This document shows positions 28,506-38,803 of a stretch of 64,000 nt of DNA, piece after piece. The stretch is from Marmoricola sp. (GTDB lineage: Bacteria > Actinomycetota > Actinomycetes > Propionibacteriales > Nocardioidaceae), in assembly GCA_051961835.1 (NCBI GenBank), contig JBQCCW010000287.1:522-64521 (forward strand). The letters are read 5' to 3'. The notes under the pieces were generated by a model that did not search any database, was not told the origin of the DNA, and worked only from the letters and a program-made list of their open reading frames with translations. The position numbers and the translations under genes are program-made. Each line of letters starts with the position of its first letter. The first letter of the stretch is position 1.

Positions 28506-28531
28506 CTCAAGTCGCCGGAGAACCGGCCGAA
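28506..28531 (+). promoter_or_regulatory. Sigma28-type promoter for the flgB operon
   Basis: CTCA-N16-GCCGAA. Confidence 0.8.
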
Positions 28532-28606
28532 CCAAGCCCCGAGCACGGATCGCTCGCCCCGCCGACGGACCGGCACCCCCTGTTCTTCACTGACGGGAGC
28601 TGGTCT

Positions 28607-28960
28607 GTGCCCATCGCCGGAACCGACGCGATCACGAGCGTCCTCGGCACCGCCCTCGACGGGCTGTCGCTGCGCCAGAACGTGATCGCCGACAACATCG
28701 CCAACGTCGACACCCCCGGGTTCCGGGCGACCAGCGTGGACTTCGAGTCCTCGCTCGCCAACGCGATCTCCACCGGCGATCTCGGCTCGGCCACCGTCAC
28801 GACGACCCCGACACTGACCCCGGTCGGCGCCGACGGCAACAACGTCGACCTCCGCAAGGAGACGATGGCGGCGATGCAGACGGTCTTCCAGTACCAGATG
28901 CTCACCCGCGCGGTCGCCGACCGGATGGACCTCGTCAAGACCGCGGCGAGCAGCGCCTGA
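28607..28960 (+). CDS. flgB: Flagellar basal-body rod protein
   Basis: [17 protein letters not shown] and DGNNVDL motifs. Confidence 0.95.
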   Translation: MPIAGTDAITSVLGTALDGLSLRQNVIADNIANVDTPGFRATSVDFESSLANAISTGDLGSATVTTTPTLTPVGADGNNVDLRKETMAAMQTVFQYQMLTRAVADRMDLVKTAASSA

Positions 28961-29352
28961 TGGGCGCCTTCGAGATGTTGGCGATCGCCAACAGCAGCCT
29001 CGGCATGCACCAGACCTGGCTCGACGCTCTCGCCGACAACATCGCCAACGTCAACACGGTCACCCCGACCAGCCAGGGTGCCTTCCAGGGACAGATGGTC
29101 GTGGCGACCGCCCTTCCCGGCGGCGGCGTCGGAGTCGGCGGCATCGCGGTCACCAGCGCGCAGGGCCGCGTGATCAACGACCCGACCAACCCGCTTGCGG
29201 ACGCGAACGGCAACGTGCGGGCACCCGACCTCGACCTGGCGAGCCAGATGAGCCAGCTGATCATGGCCCAGCGCGGCTTCCAGGCCTCGGTGCAGGTGAC
29301 GAAGGACGCGCAGGAGACCTACGACAGCGCCTTGCAGATCGGGAAGGGCTGA
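28960..29352 (+). CDS. flgC: Flagellar basal-body rod protein
   Basis: [19 protein letters not shown] and AQRGFQA motifs. Confidence 0.95.
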   Translation: MGAFEMLAIANSSLGMHQTWLDALADNIANVNTVTPTSQGAFQGQMVVATALPGGGVGVGGIAVTSAQGRVINDPTNPLADANGNVRAPDLDLASQMSQLIMAQRGFQASVQVTKDAQETYDSALQIGKG

Positions 29353-29357
29353 CCACG

Positions 29358-29681
29358 ATGAGCGTCTCCGGGATCGAGGCGGCCGGCTTCACGCCGTACG
29401 TCGCCCCCACCGTCGCGGCTCCCGCCGCCCCCACCGCGCCTGCTGCCACCCAGGGCTCCGGCTCCGACTTCGGCAGCCTCGTGCTCGACGGCCTCGACCG
29501 GCTCGACGGCCTCACCCACCAGAGCGACAGCCTGGCGGTGAAGGCCGCGACCGGTGACCTGCAGAGCATCCACGACTACACGATCGCCGCCACGCAGACC
29601 GCGGTGACCACCCAGCTGAGCGTGGCGGTCCGCAACAAGGCGATCGACGCGTTCAACGAGATCATGCGGATGCAGGTCTGA
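29358..29681 (+). CDS. fliE: Flagellar hook-basal body protein
   Basis: [18 protein letters not shown]-terminus. Confidence 0.95.
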   Translation: MSVSGIEAAGFTPYVAPTVAAPAAPTAPAATQGSGSDFGSLVLDGLDRLDGLTHQSDSLAVKAATGDLQSIHDYTIAATQTAVTTQLSVAVRNKAIDAFNEIMRMQV

Positions 29682-31276
29682 TGCGCGAGACCATGACGCG
29701 CAGCCTCACCCGGCTGCAGCAGACGTTCGCCACGTTCACACCCGCCCAGAAGCTCATCGCCGGCATCGGTTCGGCGGCCCTGCTCCTGGCCGCCTTCATG
29801 GTGTTCCGGTGGGCCTCGACGCCGAGCTACTCACCGCTCTACACGAACCTGGCGTCCTCCGACGCCAGCGCGGTGATCGACCAGCTCAACACCCAGGGGG
29901 TGCCGTACCAGATCGCCGACGGCGGCTCGACGATCATGGTGCCCCAGAAGGACGTCTACTCCACGAGGATCAGCCTCAGCGGTCAGGGCATCCCCAGCAA
30001 CAGCGGCAGCGACGGCTACTCGATCCTCGACAACGAGGGGCTGTCGACTTCGGACTTCCAGCAGCAGACCGACTACAAGCGGGCGATGGAGACCGAGCTC
30101 GCCAAGACGGTGGAGGCCATCAACGGCGTCCAGACCGCGGTCGTGCACCTCGCGATCCCCCAGCAGCAGGTCTTCAGCGACAACCAGCAGCAGCCGACGG
30201 CCAGCGTGCTCGTGCAGATGCGGCCGGGCTCGACGATGGACAGCCAGCAGGTGCAGGCCGTGATCAACCTCGTCGCCTCCAGCATCGACGGCCTGAAGCC
30301 CGAGAACGTCACCGTGGCCGACTCCACCGGGCAGGTGTTGAGCCCGGGCAACGGCCAGACCACCGCCGGCACCGGCGTGCAGACCCAGGACGTGCTCGAC
30401 TTCCAGAGCCGGATGCAGAGCGCCGTACAGCAGCAGCTCGACCGCGTGCTGGGTGCCGGCAACTCCAACGTCCAGGTCACCGCCGACCTCGACTTCGACA
30501 AGGTCGACACCCAGCAGGTGCGCTACTTCTACGATCCCAAGAACCCTGCGCTGTCGGCGGCCTCCACCCTGGAGAAGTACAGCGGCGTGGGCGCCGGCGC
30601 GGCGACCGGGGTCGTGGGCCCCGACGGCCAGATGGAGACCGGCACCACCGGCACCACGGGCGGCAACGGGAAGTACAAGAAGGTCACCAAGAGCAGCGAC
30701 AACGCCGTCGACCGCACGGTGGAGAACCGCGAGGCTGCGCCGGGCAGCGTCCGCTCGCTGCACGTCGGCGTGGTCGTCGACAGCCTCGCCGCCGGGACGA
30801 TCGCACCCGCGCAGCTGCGCAACCTCCTCGGCGCGACGCTCGGCATCAACCCCAAGCGCGGCGACACCGTGAACGTCTCCACGATGCCGTTCAACCGGAC
30901 CGCGGAGAAGCAGGCGGCGGCCGAGCTCGCCGCGGCGGGCAAGGCAGCCTCCTCGGCCCAGCGGATGACCCTGATCCGCAACGCCGGCCTGGTGCTCGTG
31001 CTGCTCTTCGTGCTGCTGCTCGCCTGGCTGCGTGGTCGCAAGCGCACCAAGCAGCGGCAGGAGGCCACGACGTACGTCGTCGAGCAGCTGCGCCGCGACG
31101 CCGCCGAGCGGGCAGCCGCGGCGGCGCTCGAGATGCCGAATCCGGCCCTCGTCGCCCTGGAGTCCAACGAGAACCAGCTCGCCGTCGAGACCCGCGACGA
31201 GATCGCGGCGCTCGTGGAGCGCCAGCCCGAGGACGTCGCCGCGCTGCTGCGTGGCTGGCTCGTGGACAGGACCTGA
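29681..31276 (+). CDS. fliF: Flagellar MS-ring protein
   Basis: PLYTNL, RAMETELAKT, VHLAIP, ASSIDGL.PENVTV motifs; two TMs; LLRGWL end. Confidence 0.96.
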   Translation: MRETMTRSLTRLQQTFATFTPAQKLIAGIGSAALLLAAFMVFRWASTPSYSPLYTNLASSDASAVIDQLNTQGVPYQIADGGSTIMVPQKDVYSTRISLSGQGIPSNSGSDGYSILDNEGLSTSDFQQQTDYKRAMETELAKTVEAINGVQTAVVHLAIPQQQVFSDNQQQPTASVLVQMRPGSTMDSQQVQAVINLVASSIDGLKPENVTVADSTGQVLSPGNGQTTAGTGVQTQDVLDFQSRMQSAVQQQLDRVLGAGNSNVQVTADLDFDKVDTQQVRYFYDPKNPALSAASTLEKYSGVGAGAATGVVGPDGQMETGTTGTTGGNGKYKKVTKSSDNAVDRTVENREAAPGSVRSLHVGVVVDSLAAGTIAPAQLRNLLGATLGINPKRGDTVNVSTMPFNRTAEKQAAAELAAAGKAASSAQRMTLIRNAGLVLVLLFVLLLAWLRGRKRTKQRQEATTYVVEQLRRDAAERAAAAALEMPNPALVALESNENQLAVETRDEIAALVERQPEDVAALLRGWLVDRT

Positions 31277-31279
31277 GCC

Positions 31280-32296
31280 ATGACGTCACTCACCGCGAGC
31301 TCCACCGGCCTGCGCAAGACCGCGGTCCTTCTCATCCAGATGGGTCGCGAGCGCGCCGCGAAGGTGATGTCGCACCTCAACGAGGCCGAGGTCGAGGCGG
31401 TCAGCGCCGAGATCGCCCGGCTCGAGACGATCGGCGTCGAGGAGAGCCGGGACGTGCTCGCGGAGTTCCGCGACATGATGACCGCCCGGGCCCACATCGC
31501 CCAGGGTGGCCTGACGTTCGCCCGCGAGCTCCTTGAGCAGTCCCTGGGTGCCGACCGGGCCAGCGAGATCATCGACCGCCTCAACGCGGCCGCGGTGCAG
31601 ATGCCGTTCCGCTTCCTGCACCGCGCGGATCCGGCCCAGCTGCGCTCGTTCATCGCCGACGAGCACCCGCAGGTGATCGCCCTGGTGCTGGCGCACATGA
31701 CGCCCGACAAGGCCTCCACCGTCCTCGGCGGCCTGCCGCCCGAGCAGCAGGCCGACGTCGCGCACCGGATCGCGCGGATGGACCGCACCTCCCCGGAGAT
31801 GATCAAGGCCGTCGAGCGCACCCTGGAGCGCAAGCTCTCCTCGATGCTGCAACCGGCCGACGCCTCCCGGGTCGGCGGCCTGGACCCCTTGGTCAACATC
31901 ATCAACCGCTCCGACCGCTCGACCGAGCGCCAGATCGTCGAGGGGCTCGAGGCGCTCGATGCCGCCCTCGCCGACGAGGTGAAGAGCCGGATGTTCATGT
32001 TCGAGGACATCGTCAACCTCGACGACAAGTCCGTGCAGCAGGTGCTCCGGCAGGTCGAGACCTCCGACCTCGCGATGGCGCTCAAGGGCGTCGCCGACAC
32101 GGTTCGCGACAAGATCACCGGCAACATCTCCGAGCGCGCCGCGGAGAACCTCCTCGAGGAGGTCGAGCTGCTCGGGCCGGTGCGGCTGCGCCAGGTGGAG
32201 GAGGCCCAGCAGGCGATCATCCGGACGATCCGGCAGCTGGAGGAGCAGGGCCAGATCATGGTGCGGCGCGGGAGCGACGATGAGTTCGTCTCCTGA
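31280..32296 (+). CDS. fliG: Flagellar motor switch protein
   Basis: EHPQVIAL, MFMFEDI and GPVRLRQVEEAQ motifs. Confidence 0.97.
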   Translation: MTSLTASSTGLRKTAVLLIQMGRERAAKVMSHLNEAEVEAVSAEIARLETIGVEESRDVLAEFRDMMTARAHIAQGGLTFARELLEQSLGADRASEIIDRLNAAAVQMPFRFLHRADPAQLRSFIADEHPQVIALVLAHMTPDKASTVLGGLPPEQQADVAHRIARMDRTSPEMIKAVERTLERKLSSMLQPADASRVGGLDPLVNIINRSDRSTERQIVEGLEALDAALADEVKSRMFMFEDIVNLDDKSVQQVLRQVETSDLAMALKGVADTVRDKITGNISERAAENLLEEVELLGPVRLRQVEEAQQAIIRTIRQLEEQGQIMVRRGSDDEFVS

Positions 32297-32969
32297 GTCC
32301 GCGCGCGTGTTGCGCGACGTCCCCACCACCAACATCAGCGCCCCCGAGCTGCGCACCGGCACCTGGACCCGCTTCGGCGGCAGCAGCGTGCTGGGCGACA
32401 CGGTCACCGAGGATGTCCTCTCCTCCCTGGCGGACACGACCCGCGCGGTCGCGCAGGCCCAGGGCTACGCGACGGGCTGGGCCGAGGGGCGCCGTGCCGC
32501 GGCCGCGGAGGCAGCGGCCACGGCCCGGGAGCAGGCCGAGATGCACGCCCGGGCCGAAGCCCGCCGCGACGACGAGCACCGTGCCGCCCTCGCCCGGCTC
32601 GACCGGGTCCTCACGAGTCTCGACGCCGCGGTCACGACCGCCACGGCGGCCGTCGAGGAGCGCGCCCTGACGCTGGCCTGCGAGCTCACCACGCTCCTCG
32701 TCGGCCACGAGCTGCGCACCACGCCGGACTCCGCCGCCGACGCCGTACGCCGGGCCGCGGAGCTCTCCGCGGGGGAGCCGGCCGTGTTGGTCCGGATGAG
32801 TCCGGACGACGCCGGGTCCGGCGCCGTCGAGGAGCTGACCGGCCGTGGCCTGCGCGTCGTACCCGATGCCGCGCTGGCGAACGGCGATGTCATCGTGGAG
32901 ACCGACGGCGGGGTCATCGACGGCCGCATCGGCGCGGCGCTCGACCGGGTCCGGGTGGCGCTGTCGTGA
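32280..32969 (+). CDS. fliH: Flagellar assembly protein
   Basis: AxxxGxxxG repeats and GDVIVETDGGVID motif; between fliG and fliI. Confidence 0.85.
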   Translation: MSSSPESARVLRDVPTTNISAPELRTGTWTRFGGSSVLGDTVTEDVLSSLADTTRAVAQAQGYATGWAEGRRAAAAEAAATAREQAEMHARAEARRDDEHRAALARLDRVLTSLDAAVTTATAAVEERALTLACELTTLLVGHELRTTPDSAADAVRRAAELSAGEPAVLVRMSPDDAGSGAVEELTGRGLRVVPDAALANGDVIVETDGGVIDGRIGAALDRVRVALS

Positions 32970-34279
32970 CCGCCTGGGCTCCGGCCGTGCTCGACGCCGC
33001 CCGCGCCGCCGCCACGCCGCTCCGGCTCGGCCGGATCGCCGAGGTGGTGGGGCTGCAGCTGCGCGTGACCGGCCTGCAGGCACCGGTCGGTGACCTCGTG
33101 GAGGTGGACACCGCCCGGGGGATCGTGCCGGCCGAGGTCGCGGCCGCCCGGCCCGACGGGCTGGTCTGCCTGCCGCTCGGGAGCACCGCCGGCCTCGCCG
33201 TCGGCGCGACCGTCCGGGCCACCGGCGCTCCGTTGACGATCCCCGTGGGCGAGGCCCTGCGAGGGCGGGTGCTCGACGGCCTCGGTCGCCCCGTCGACGG
33301 CGGCCCGCCGCTGGGCTCGCTCCCCCGCGTGCCGGTCGAGAACGACGCGCCCCCGGCGCTCAGCCGGACCCCGATCGCGCGGCAGGTCGGCCTGGGCGTC
33401 CGGGCTCTCGACGCGCTCGTGCCCTGCGGGCGGGGCCAGCGCCTCGGGATCATGGCGGGCTCCGGCGTGGGGAAGTCGAGCCTGCTCTCCATGGTCGCCC
33501 GCGGGACCGACGCCGCCCTGTCGGTGATCGCCCTGGTGGGCGAGCGCGGCCGCGAGGTCCGCGACTTCCTCGAGAAGGACCTCGGCCCCGAGGGCCTCGC
33601 CCGATCGGTCGTCGTGGTCGCCACCTCCGACGCCTCCCCTGTCGAGCGCCTCCGGGCCGCGTTCGTCGCCACCCGGATCGCGGAGTGGTTCCGCGACACC
33701 GGGGAGCACGTCGTGCTGATGATGGACAGCCTGACCCGCGTCGCCATGGCACAACGCGAGATCGGCCTCTCCGCCGGCGAGCCGCCCGCCACCCGCGGCT
33801 ACCCGCCCAGCGTCTTCGCGATGATGCCGCGGCTGCTCGAGCGCGCCGGCGCCTCGGCCCACGGCAGCATCACCGGGCTCTACACCGTGCTCGTCGAGGG
33901 CGACGACCTGCACGACCCCGTCGGCGACAACGCCCGGGCGATCCTCGACGGCCACGTGGTGCTGAGCCGCCGGCTCGCCACCGGCGGCCACTTCCCGAGC
34001 ATCGACGTGCTCGAGTCGATCTCGCGCACCACCGGATCGATCACCGGCCCGGGACAGGCGGCCGACGCGACCCGGCTGCGGCGGCTCCTGGCCGCGCACC
34101 GCGACGTCCGCGAGCTCGTCGAGATCGGCGCGTACGTCGGCGGCGCGGACCCCGACGCCGACGCGGCGCTCGCCCTGATGCCGCGGATCAACGCGTTCCT
34201 GCGCCAGCCGATGGACGAGACCACCCCGGTCGCCGAGACGTGGGCCCGGCTGCACGACCTGGTCGGGGCACCGGCATGA
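32966..34279 (+). CDS. fliI: Flagellar export ATPase
   Basis: AGSGVGKS, GERGREV, MDSLTR and GEPPATRGYPPS motifs. Confidence 0.97.
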   Translation: MTAWAPAVLDAARAAATPLRLGRIAEVVGLQLRVTGLQAPVGDLVEVDTARGIVPAEVAAARPDGLVCLPLGSTAGLAVGATVRATGAPLTIPVGEALRGRVLDGLGRPVDGGPPLGSLPRVPVENDAPPALSRTPIARQVGLGVRALDALVPCGRGQRLGIMAGSGVGKSSLLSMVARGTDAALSVIALVGERGREVRDFLEKDLGPEGLARSVVVVATSDASPVERLRAAFVATRIAEWFRDTGEHVVLMMDSLTRVAMAQREIGLSAGEPPATRGYPPSVFAMMPRLLERAGASAHGSITGLYTVLVEGDDLHDPVGDNARAILDGHVVLSRRLATGGHFPSIDVLESISRTTGSITGPGQAADATRLRRLLAAHRDVRELVEIGAYVGGADPDADAALALMPRINAFLRQPMDETTPVAETWARLHDLVGAPA

Positions 34280-34719
34280 CGCGCCGGCATCCCGACGACG
34301 CGGGGCTGAACGCGGTCGCCCGTGTGCGCGGCGTACGCGAGCAGGACAGCCGCACCGGTCTGCAGCAGGCCCATCGGGAGCTGGCGTCCGCGGAGGCGAA
34401 GGTCGTCCGGCTCGAGGGTGTGCTCTCGGACGCCGCCGCAGCACCGGCACCCGCCGAGGCCGATGCCTGGACCTCGGCCCGTGCCACCCTCGCGGCCTTG
34501 AGCTCGCGCGTGAGCGCGGCCCGCGAGGGCGCGGCGATGAGCCGGACCGTCGCCGAGGCGGCCCTCGCTCGCTGGCAGTCCGACCGCTCCCGCCTGCAGG
34601 CCGTGGAGCTACTGCTCGATCGCCGCGCCGCCGAGCGCCGCGCCGAGGCGGACCGCGCGGAGGCCCGTGAGCTCGACGACCTCGCCACCCAGCGACACGT
34701 GCGCAGGGGGCGGCCATGA
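34276..34719 (+). CDS. fliJ: Flagellar export protein
   Basis: Coiled coil ending in ELDDLA; ATGA overlap with fliI stop. Confidence 0.8.
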   Translation: MTRRHPDDAGLNAVARVRGVREQDSRTGLQQAHRELASAEAKVVRLEGVLSDAAAAPAPAEADAWTSARATLAALSSRVSAAREGAAMSRTVAEAALARWQSDRSRLQAVELLLDRRAAERRAEADRAEARELDDLATQRHVRRGRP

Positions 34720-35678
34720 CGATCGCCGACGTGACCACCCGGATCCAGCAGATCCAGGGCCAGCTCGCGATGCTCAGCCCGCAGCCGGCGAGCGCCGGCT
34801 TCGCCACCGCCCTCGACGCGGCCTCCGCGACCGCCTCGCCTGTGTCCACGGCGGTGCCGGCCGGAGGCAGCGGAGCGGCCGTCGTCGACGACGCTCGGAA
34901 GTACCTCGGGATCCCCTACCTCTGGGGCGGCACCGACCCCGCTCGCGGGCTGGACTGCTCGGGTCTCGTGCAACGGGTGTACGGCGACCTCGGCTACGAC
35001 CTGCCCCGGGTCGCCGCGGACCAGGCGCGCGTCGGCACCGCCGTACCGTCCCTGGACCAGGCGCAACCCGGCGACCTGCTGGCCTTCGGCTCACCGGTCC
35101 ACCACATCGGGATCTACATCGGCGACGGGCAGATGATCGAGGCCCCGCACACCGGCGCCCAGGTGCGGGTCAGCGACGTCTACGAGACGCCCACCGCCAT
35201 CCGGCGGGTCCTCGGATCCGCCGCGCATCCGGGGACCGCTCCGGCGGCGACCGTCACCGTCGCGCGGCCGGTCGGAGCGTCGGCCACCGGAGGTCTGGCC
35301 GCCGTGCCGTACGGGCCGCTCTTCGCCGCGGCCGGCCAGAGGTACGGCATCGACCCGACCCTGCTGGCCGCGGTGGCCAAGCAGGAGTCCGGCTACAACC
35401 CGCGCGCGGTGAGCGGTGCCGGCGCCCAGGGGCTGATGCAGCTGATGCCCGGCACGGCGGCCGGCCTCGGCGTGACCAACCCCTTCGATCCCACCCAGGC
35501 GGTCGACGGCGCCGCGCGGATGCTGCGCGACCTGACCAGCCGGTTCGGGTCGACCCGCCTCGCCCTCGCGGCCTACAACGCCGGCCCCGGCGCCGTGCTC
35601 AAGTACGGCGACGTGCCGCCGTATCCCGAGACCCAGGCCTATGTCCGCAACGTCCTCGCCCTCCAGGAGGCGCTGTGA
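34716..35678 (+). CDS. Dual peptidoglycan hydrolase: NlpC/P60 peptidase plus SLT lytic transglycosylase
   Basis: YLGIPYLWGG..DCSGL, HIGIY; then QESGYNP..GAQGLMQLMP, ALAAYNAG, ETQAYV. Confidence 0.93.
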   Translation: MTIADVTTRIQQIQGQLAMLSPQPASAGFATALDAASATASPVSTAVPAGGSGAAVVDDARKYLGIPYLWGGTDPARGLDCSGLVQRVYGDLGYDLPRVAADQARVGTAVPSLDQAQPGDLLAFGSPVHHIGIYIGDGQMIEAPHTGAQVRVSDVYETPTAIRRVLGSAAHPGTAPAATVTVARPVGASATGGLAAVPYGPLFAAAGQRYGIDPTLLAAVAKQESGYNPRAVSGAGAQGLMQLMPGTAAGLGVTNPFDPTQAVDGAARMLRDLTSRFGSTRLALAAYNAGPGAVLKYGDVPPYPETQAYVRNVLALQEAL

Positions 35679-37006
35679 ACGTCGCACCGTCCCGTCCGGC
35701 AAGCGCCCCTGCGGGCGCCGACGCCGCCCGCCCCGCGGACGCGGGGAATCCCGCGCAGGCCGGCGACCTCTTCGCGGTGCTGGTGGCGGCGCTCTCGGGC
35801 ACTCCCGCGGCTCCGCCGGCGACGGGCGCGGCCTCCCCCGACCAGGACGAACCCGGCGAGGACGGCACGGCAGAGGCGGGCTCGGGCGCGGCCCCGCCGC
35901 CGGCGTTGACCGCCCTGCTGGCCGCGGCGGCGCAGGCAGGCGCGCTCGGCATCGTGGCTGCCGGCCCGGCGGCCGCTGCGTCGGCTGCGGCGGGCGCGGC
36001 GTTCGGGAGGAAGGCCGGCGGGGCAGCGGGCATCGGCCCGGGTGGCGTGCCGGGTGCCGACGCGTCGGGCTCCGACCTCACCTCGGCGCGCCCTCCGGCG
36101 GACGCTGCGGTGCCGGCGGCCCCCGCGACACCGGCCGCGACCGCCGTTTCCGCCGCTCTGCCTGCTACGCCCGCCGTTCCCGCCGCACCGGCGGATGCGG
36201 CCGGCCGGCCGACGCCACCGGCCCCGAGGCTGGCGGGCGGCCTCACCGGCCTCACCGGCCTCACCGGCCTCACCGGCTCCGCGGGCGACCAGGGCGCGCG
36301 GCCCGGCGTACGGGTGCACGGAGTGCCGGACCAGGGCGACCAGCACCAGGACCGGCCGGCCACGACTGACATCTCGACGGGCCAGAACCCGCAACTCGGG
36401 GGGCCATACCTGGCAACTCGCGGGGGCACGGGGGGCGACTCGGCGGGGTTCGGGGTGGGGCGGCAGGTGGCCGCGGCGGTCGGGGACCAGGTGGCGCGCC
36501 TGGTGACCCGGGGCGACGGCACCCGGCGGCTGACGTTGCAGCTGCAGCCGGCCGCGCTGGGGGACGTCCGGGTCACGCTCACCGTCCGCGACGGGCAGGT
36601 GCACGTGGCGCTGGCCGCCGGCACGGACGCCCAGGCAGCGCTGCTCCGCGACGCCCCCGAGCTGCACCGGCTGCTGGAGCGCGTGGGCGCGTCACAGCCG
36701 CAGATCGTCGTCCGGGACCTGCCGGCCGCACCCGCGGTCGCCGGCCCCGCGACAACCGCTCAACCGGACGGACGCCCGACCGATCAGAGCGGCGCGGGCC
36801 CGGGCACGGGCCTGCCCACCTCCGGGCACCAGGGTGGGGCGCTCGGGCCCCACACCGGGGGGCACTCCCAGGACCGGCGGGCATGGACGCCCGCCGCCAC
36901 CTCTGCCAGGGACGGCGGACAACCGGCACCGGGTCGCTCCGACCCGGGCCGTCCGAGCGACCCGGCCACACGCGTCCGCACCGCGGGCGTCGATGTGTCC
37001 ATGTGA
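35675..37006 (+). CDS. fliK: Flagellar hook-length control protein
   Basis: Long Ala/Pro-rich region then LQLQPAALGDVRV motif; upstream of flgD. Confidence 0.85.
   Translation: MNVAPSRPASAPAGADAARPADAGNPAQAGDLFAVLVAALSGTPAAPPATGAASPDQDEPGEDGTAEAGSGAAPPPALTALLAAAAQAGALGIVAAGPAAAASAAAGAAFGRKAGGAAGIGPGGVPGADASGSDLTSARPPADAAVPAAPATPAATAVSAALPATPAVPAAPADAAGRPTPPAPRLAGGLTGLTGLTGLTGSAGDQGARPGVRVHGVPDQGDQHQDRPATTDISTGQNPQLGGPYLATRGGTGGDSAGFGVGRQVAAAVGDQVARLVTRGDGTRRLTLQLQPAALGDVRVTLTVRDGQVHVALAAGTDAQAALLRDAPELHRLLERVGASQPQIVVRDLPAAPAVAGPATTAQPDGRPTDQSGAGPGTGLPTSGHQGGALGPHTGGHSQDRRAWTPAATSARDGGQPAPGRSDPGRPSDPATRVRTAGVDVSM
36239..36277. repeat. 9-bp in-frame tandem repeat (GGCCTCACC)x4 inside fliK
   Basis: Four perfect copies encoding (GLT)4. 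Confidence 0.9.
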
Positions 37007-37015
37007 GGAGGGAAC

Positions 37016-37468
37016 GTGTCGATCACCCCGACCGAGGGGGTCAGCACCGGCCTGTTCGTGCCACCGGCGACCACGGGCGCCACCGACGCGACCGGGTCCT
37101 TCGGTGACCAGAACACCTTTCTTCAGCTGCTCGTCTCGCAGCTGAAGTACCAGGATCCGATGAGTCCGGCGGACCCCACGGCGTTCATGTCCCAGACCGC
37201 CCAGTTCAGCGCACTGCAGCAGATGCAGGCGGTGGCGCAGCAGACGGCAGCGCTCGTCGCGGCCCAGAACGCCTTCGGGGCGACCAGCCTGGTCGGCCGG
37301 CAGGTCAGCTTCACCCACCCCGACGGCACCACGGGCGCCGGCCTGGTCAGCGGGGTGCGCTACAGCACCAACGGACCGGTGCTCACCGTCGACGGCTCGG
37401 ACGTGGCCCTCGGCCAGGTGCAGTCCGTCGCCACCGCTTCCTCGAGCTCTCCCACCTCCGCGGCCTGA
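37016..37468 (+). CDS. flgD: Flagellar hook capping protein
   Basis: FLQLLVSQLKYQDPMSP and QTAQFSAL motifs. Confidence 0.95.
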   Translation: MSITPTEGVSTGLFVPPATTGATDATGSFGDQNTFLQLLVSQLKYQDPMSPADPTAFMSQTAQFSALQQMQAVAQQTAALVAAQNAFGATSLVGRQVSFTHPDGTTGAGLVSGVRYSTNGPVLTVDGSDVALGQVQSVATASSSSPTSAA

Positions 37469-37495
37469 GCCGCTCCACCGAGAAGGACATACACG

Positions 37496-38383
37496 ATGCT
37501 TCGCTCACTCTTCGCCGGGATCAGCGGCCTGCGGGTCAACCAGACGATGCTCGACGTCACCGGCAACAACATTGCCAACGCCAACACCATCGGCTTCAAG
37601 GCCAGCACCACCGTCTTCCAGGACACGCTGAGCCAGATGCTCACCGGCGCCTCGGCCCCACAGGGCACCGCGCGCGGTGGCACGAACCCGATCCAGATCG
37701 GCCTCGGCGTGCAGGTCGCCGCCACCGAGACCAACTTCAACCAGGGGTCGGCGGAGACGACCGGGCGACCCACCGACCTGATGATCCAGGGCGACGGCTT
37801 CTTCGTCACCAAGAAGGGCAACGAGGACCTCTACACCCGAGCCGGGGCCTTCACCTTCGACAACGGCGGCGACCTGGTCACCCCCGACGGCAACCTGGTC
37901 CAGGGCTACGCAGCCGACTCCACCGGCGTCGTGCCGGTCGACGCGAACGGCCAGCCGACCGGGACCCCGGCCAACGTCAGCATCGACCCGGCGGCGCTCA
38001 CCGCGCAGTTCAACCTCCCTGCCGGCACGACACTGCAGTCCTACAACATCGGCAGCGACGGCATGCTGCGCGGCGTCTTCAGCGACGGCACCCAGCGCAA
38101 CATCGCCCAGCTGGCGATCGCCAACTTCGTCAACCCGATGGGCATGGAGAAGGTCGGCGAGACGTCCTTCCGCGCCAGCGCGAACTCGGGGACGGCACAG
38201 GTCGGCACCGCCGCCACGGGGGGCAGGGGAACGATCATGGCCGGTGCGCTGGAGATGTCCAACGTCGACCTTGCCGGCGAGTTCACCAACCTGATCCTCG
38301 CCCAGCGCGGCTTCCAAGCCAGCTCGAAGGTGATCACCACCTCCGACCAGGTGCTGCAGGACCTGGTCAACATCCAGCAGTAG
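37496..38383 (+). CDS. flgE: Flagellar hook protein (short form)
   Basis: GNNIANANTIGFK, YTRAGAF, LEMSNVDLAGEF and [16 protein letters not shown] motifs; follows flgD. Confidence 0.93.
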   Translation: MLRSLFAGISGLRVNQTMLDVTGNNIANANTIGFKASTTVFQDTLSQMLTGASAPQGTARGGTNPIQIGLGVQVAATETNFNQGSAETTGRPTDLMIQGDGFFVTKKGNEDLYTRAGAFTFDNGGDLVTPDGNLVQGYAADSTGVVPVDANGQPTGTPANVSIDPAALTAQFNLPAGTTLQSYNIGSDGMLRGVFSDGTQRNIAQLAIANFVNPMGMEKVGETSFRASANSGTAQVGTAATGGRGTIMAGALEMSNVDLAGEFTNLILAQRGFQASSKVITTSDQVLQDLVNIQQ

Positions 38384-38423
38384 CCCGCGCAGATCCGGCA
38401 CCGGCCGGGGATGTCCGATTCCG

Positions 38424-38449
38424 CTCAGGAGCCGGCGTCCCCGGCCGAT
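38424..38449 (+). promoter_or_regulatory. Sigma28-type promoter for flbD-motA-motB-fliL
   Basis: CTCA-N16-GCCGAT. Confidence 0.8.
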
Positions 38450-38527
38450 CTGTGTCCCTGACAGCGCACGGATGCGCTGCCGTCGTTTCCTCGGCACGGC
38501 CGGGACGCGCACAAGGACGGTGCACGC

Positions 38528-38803
38528 ATGATCACGCTCACGCGACTCTCGGGCTCGGTGTTCGCGCTGAACTCGGACCTGATCGAGCGCGTCGACAGCA
38601 CCCCGGACACCGTGATCACCCTCGTCGACGGCACGAAGTACGTCGTCCGGGAGTCGCTCGAGGAGATCGTCGACGCCGTCCGCACCTACCGGGGCCAGAT
38701 CGTCGCGCTGGGCGCCCGTCTGGCCGACGAGCCCGAGCCGGTGCCCCCTCCGGGCGACCCGCGGCCCCGGCTGGCCGCGGTCTCCAGCGAGGGGCAGCAC
38801 TGA
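38528..38803 (+). CDS. flbD: Flagellar FlbD-family protein
   Basis: MITLTRLSG..FALN.DLIE....PDTVITL.DG motif. Confidence 0.93.
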   Translation: MITLTRLSGSVFALNSDLIERVDSTPDTVITLVDGTKYVVRESLEEIVDAVRTYRGQIVALGARLADEPEPVPPPGDPRPRLAAVSSEGQH

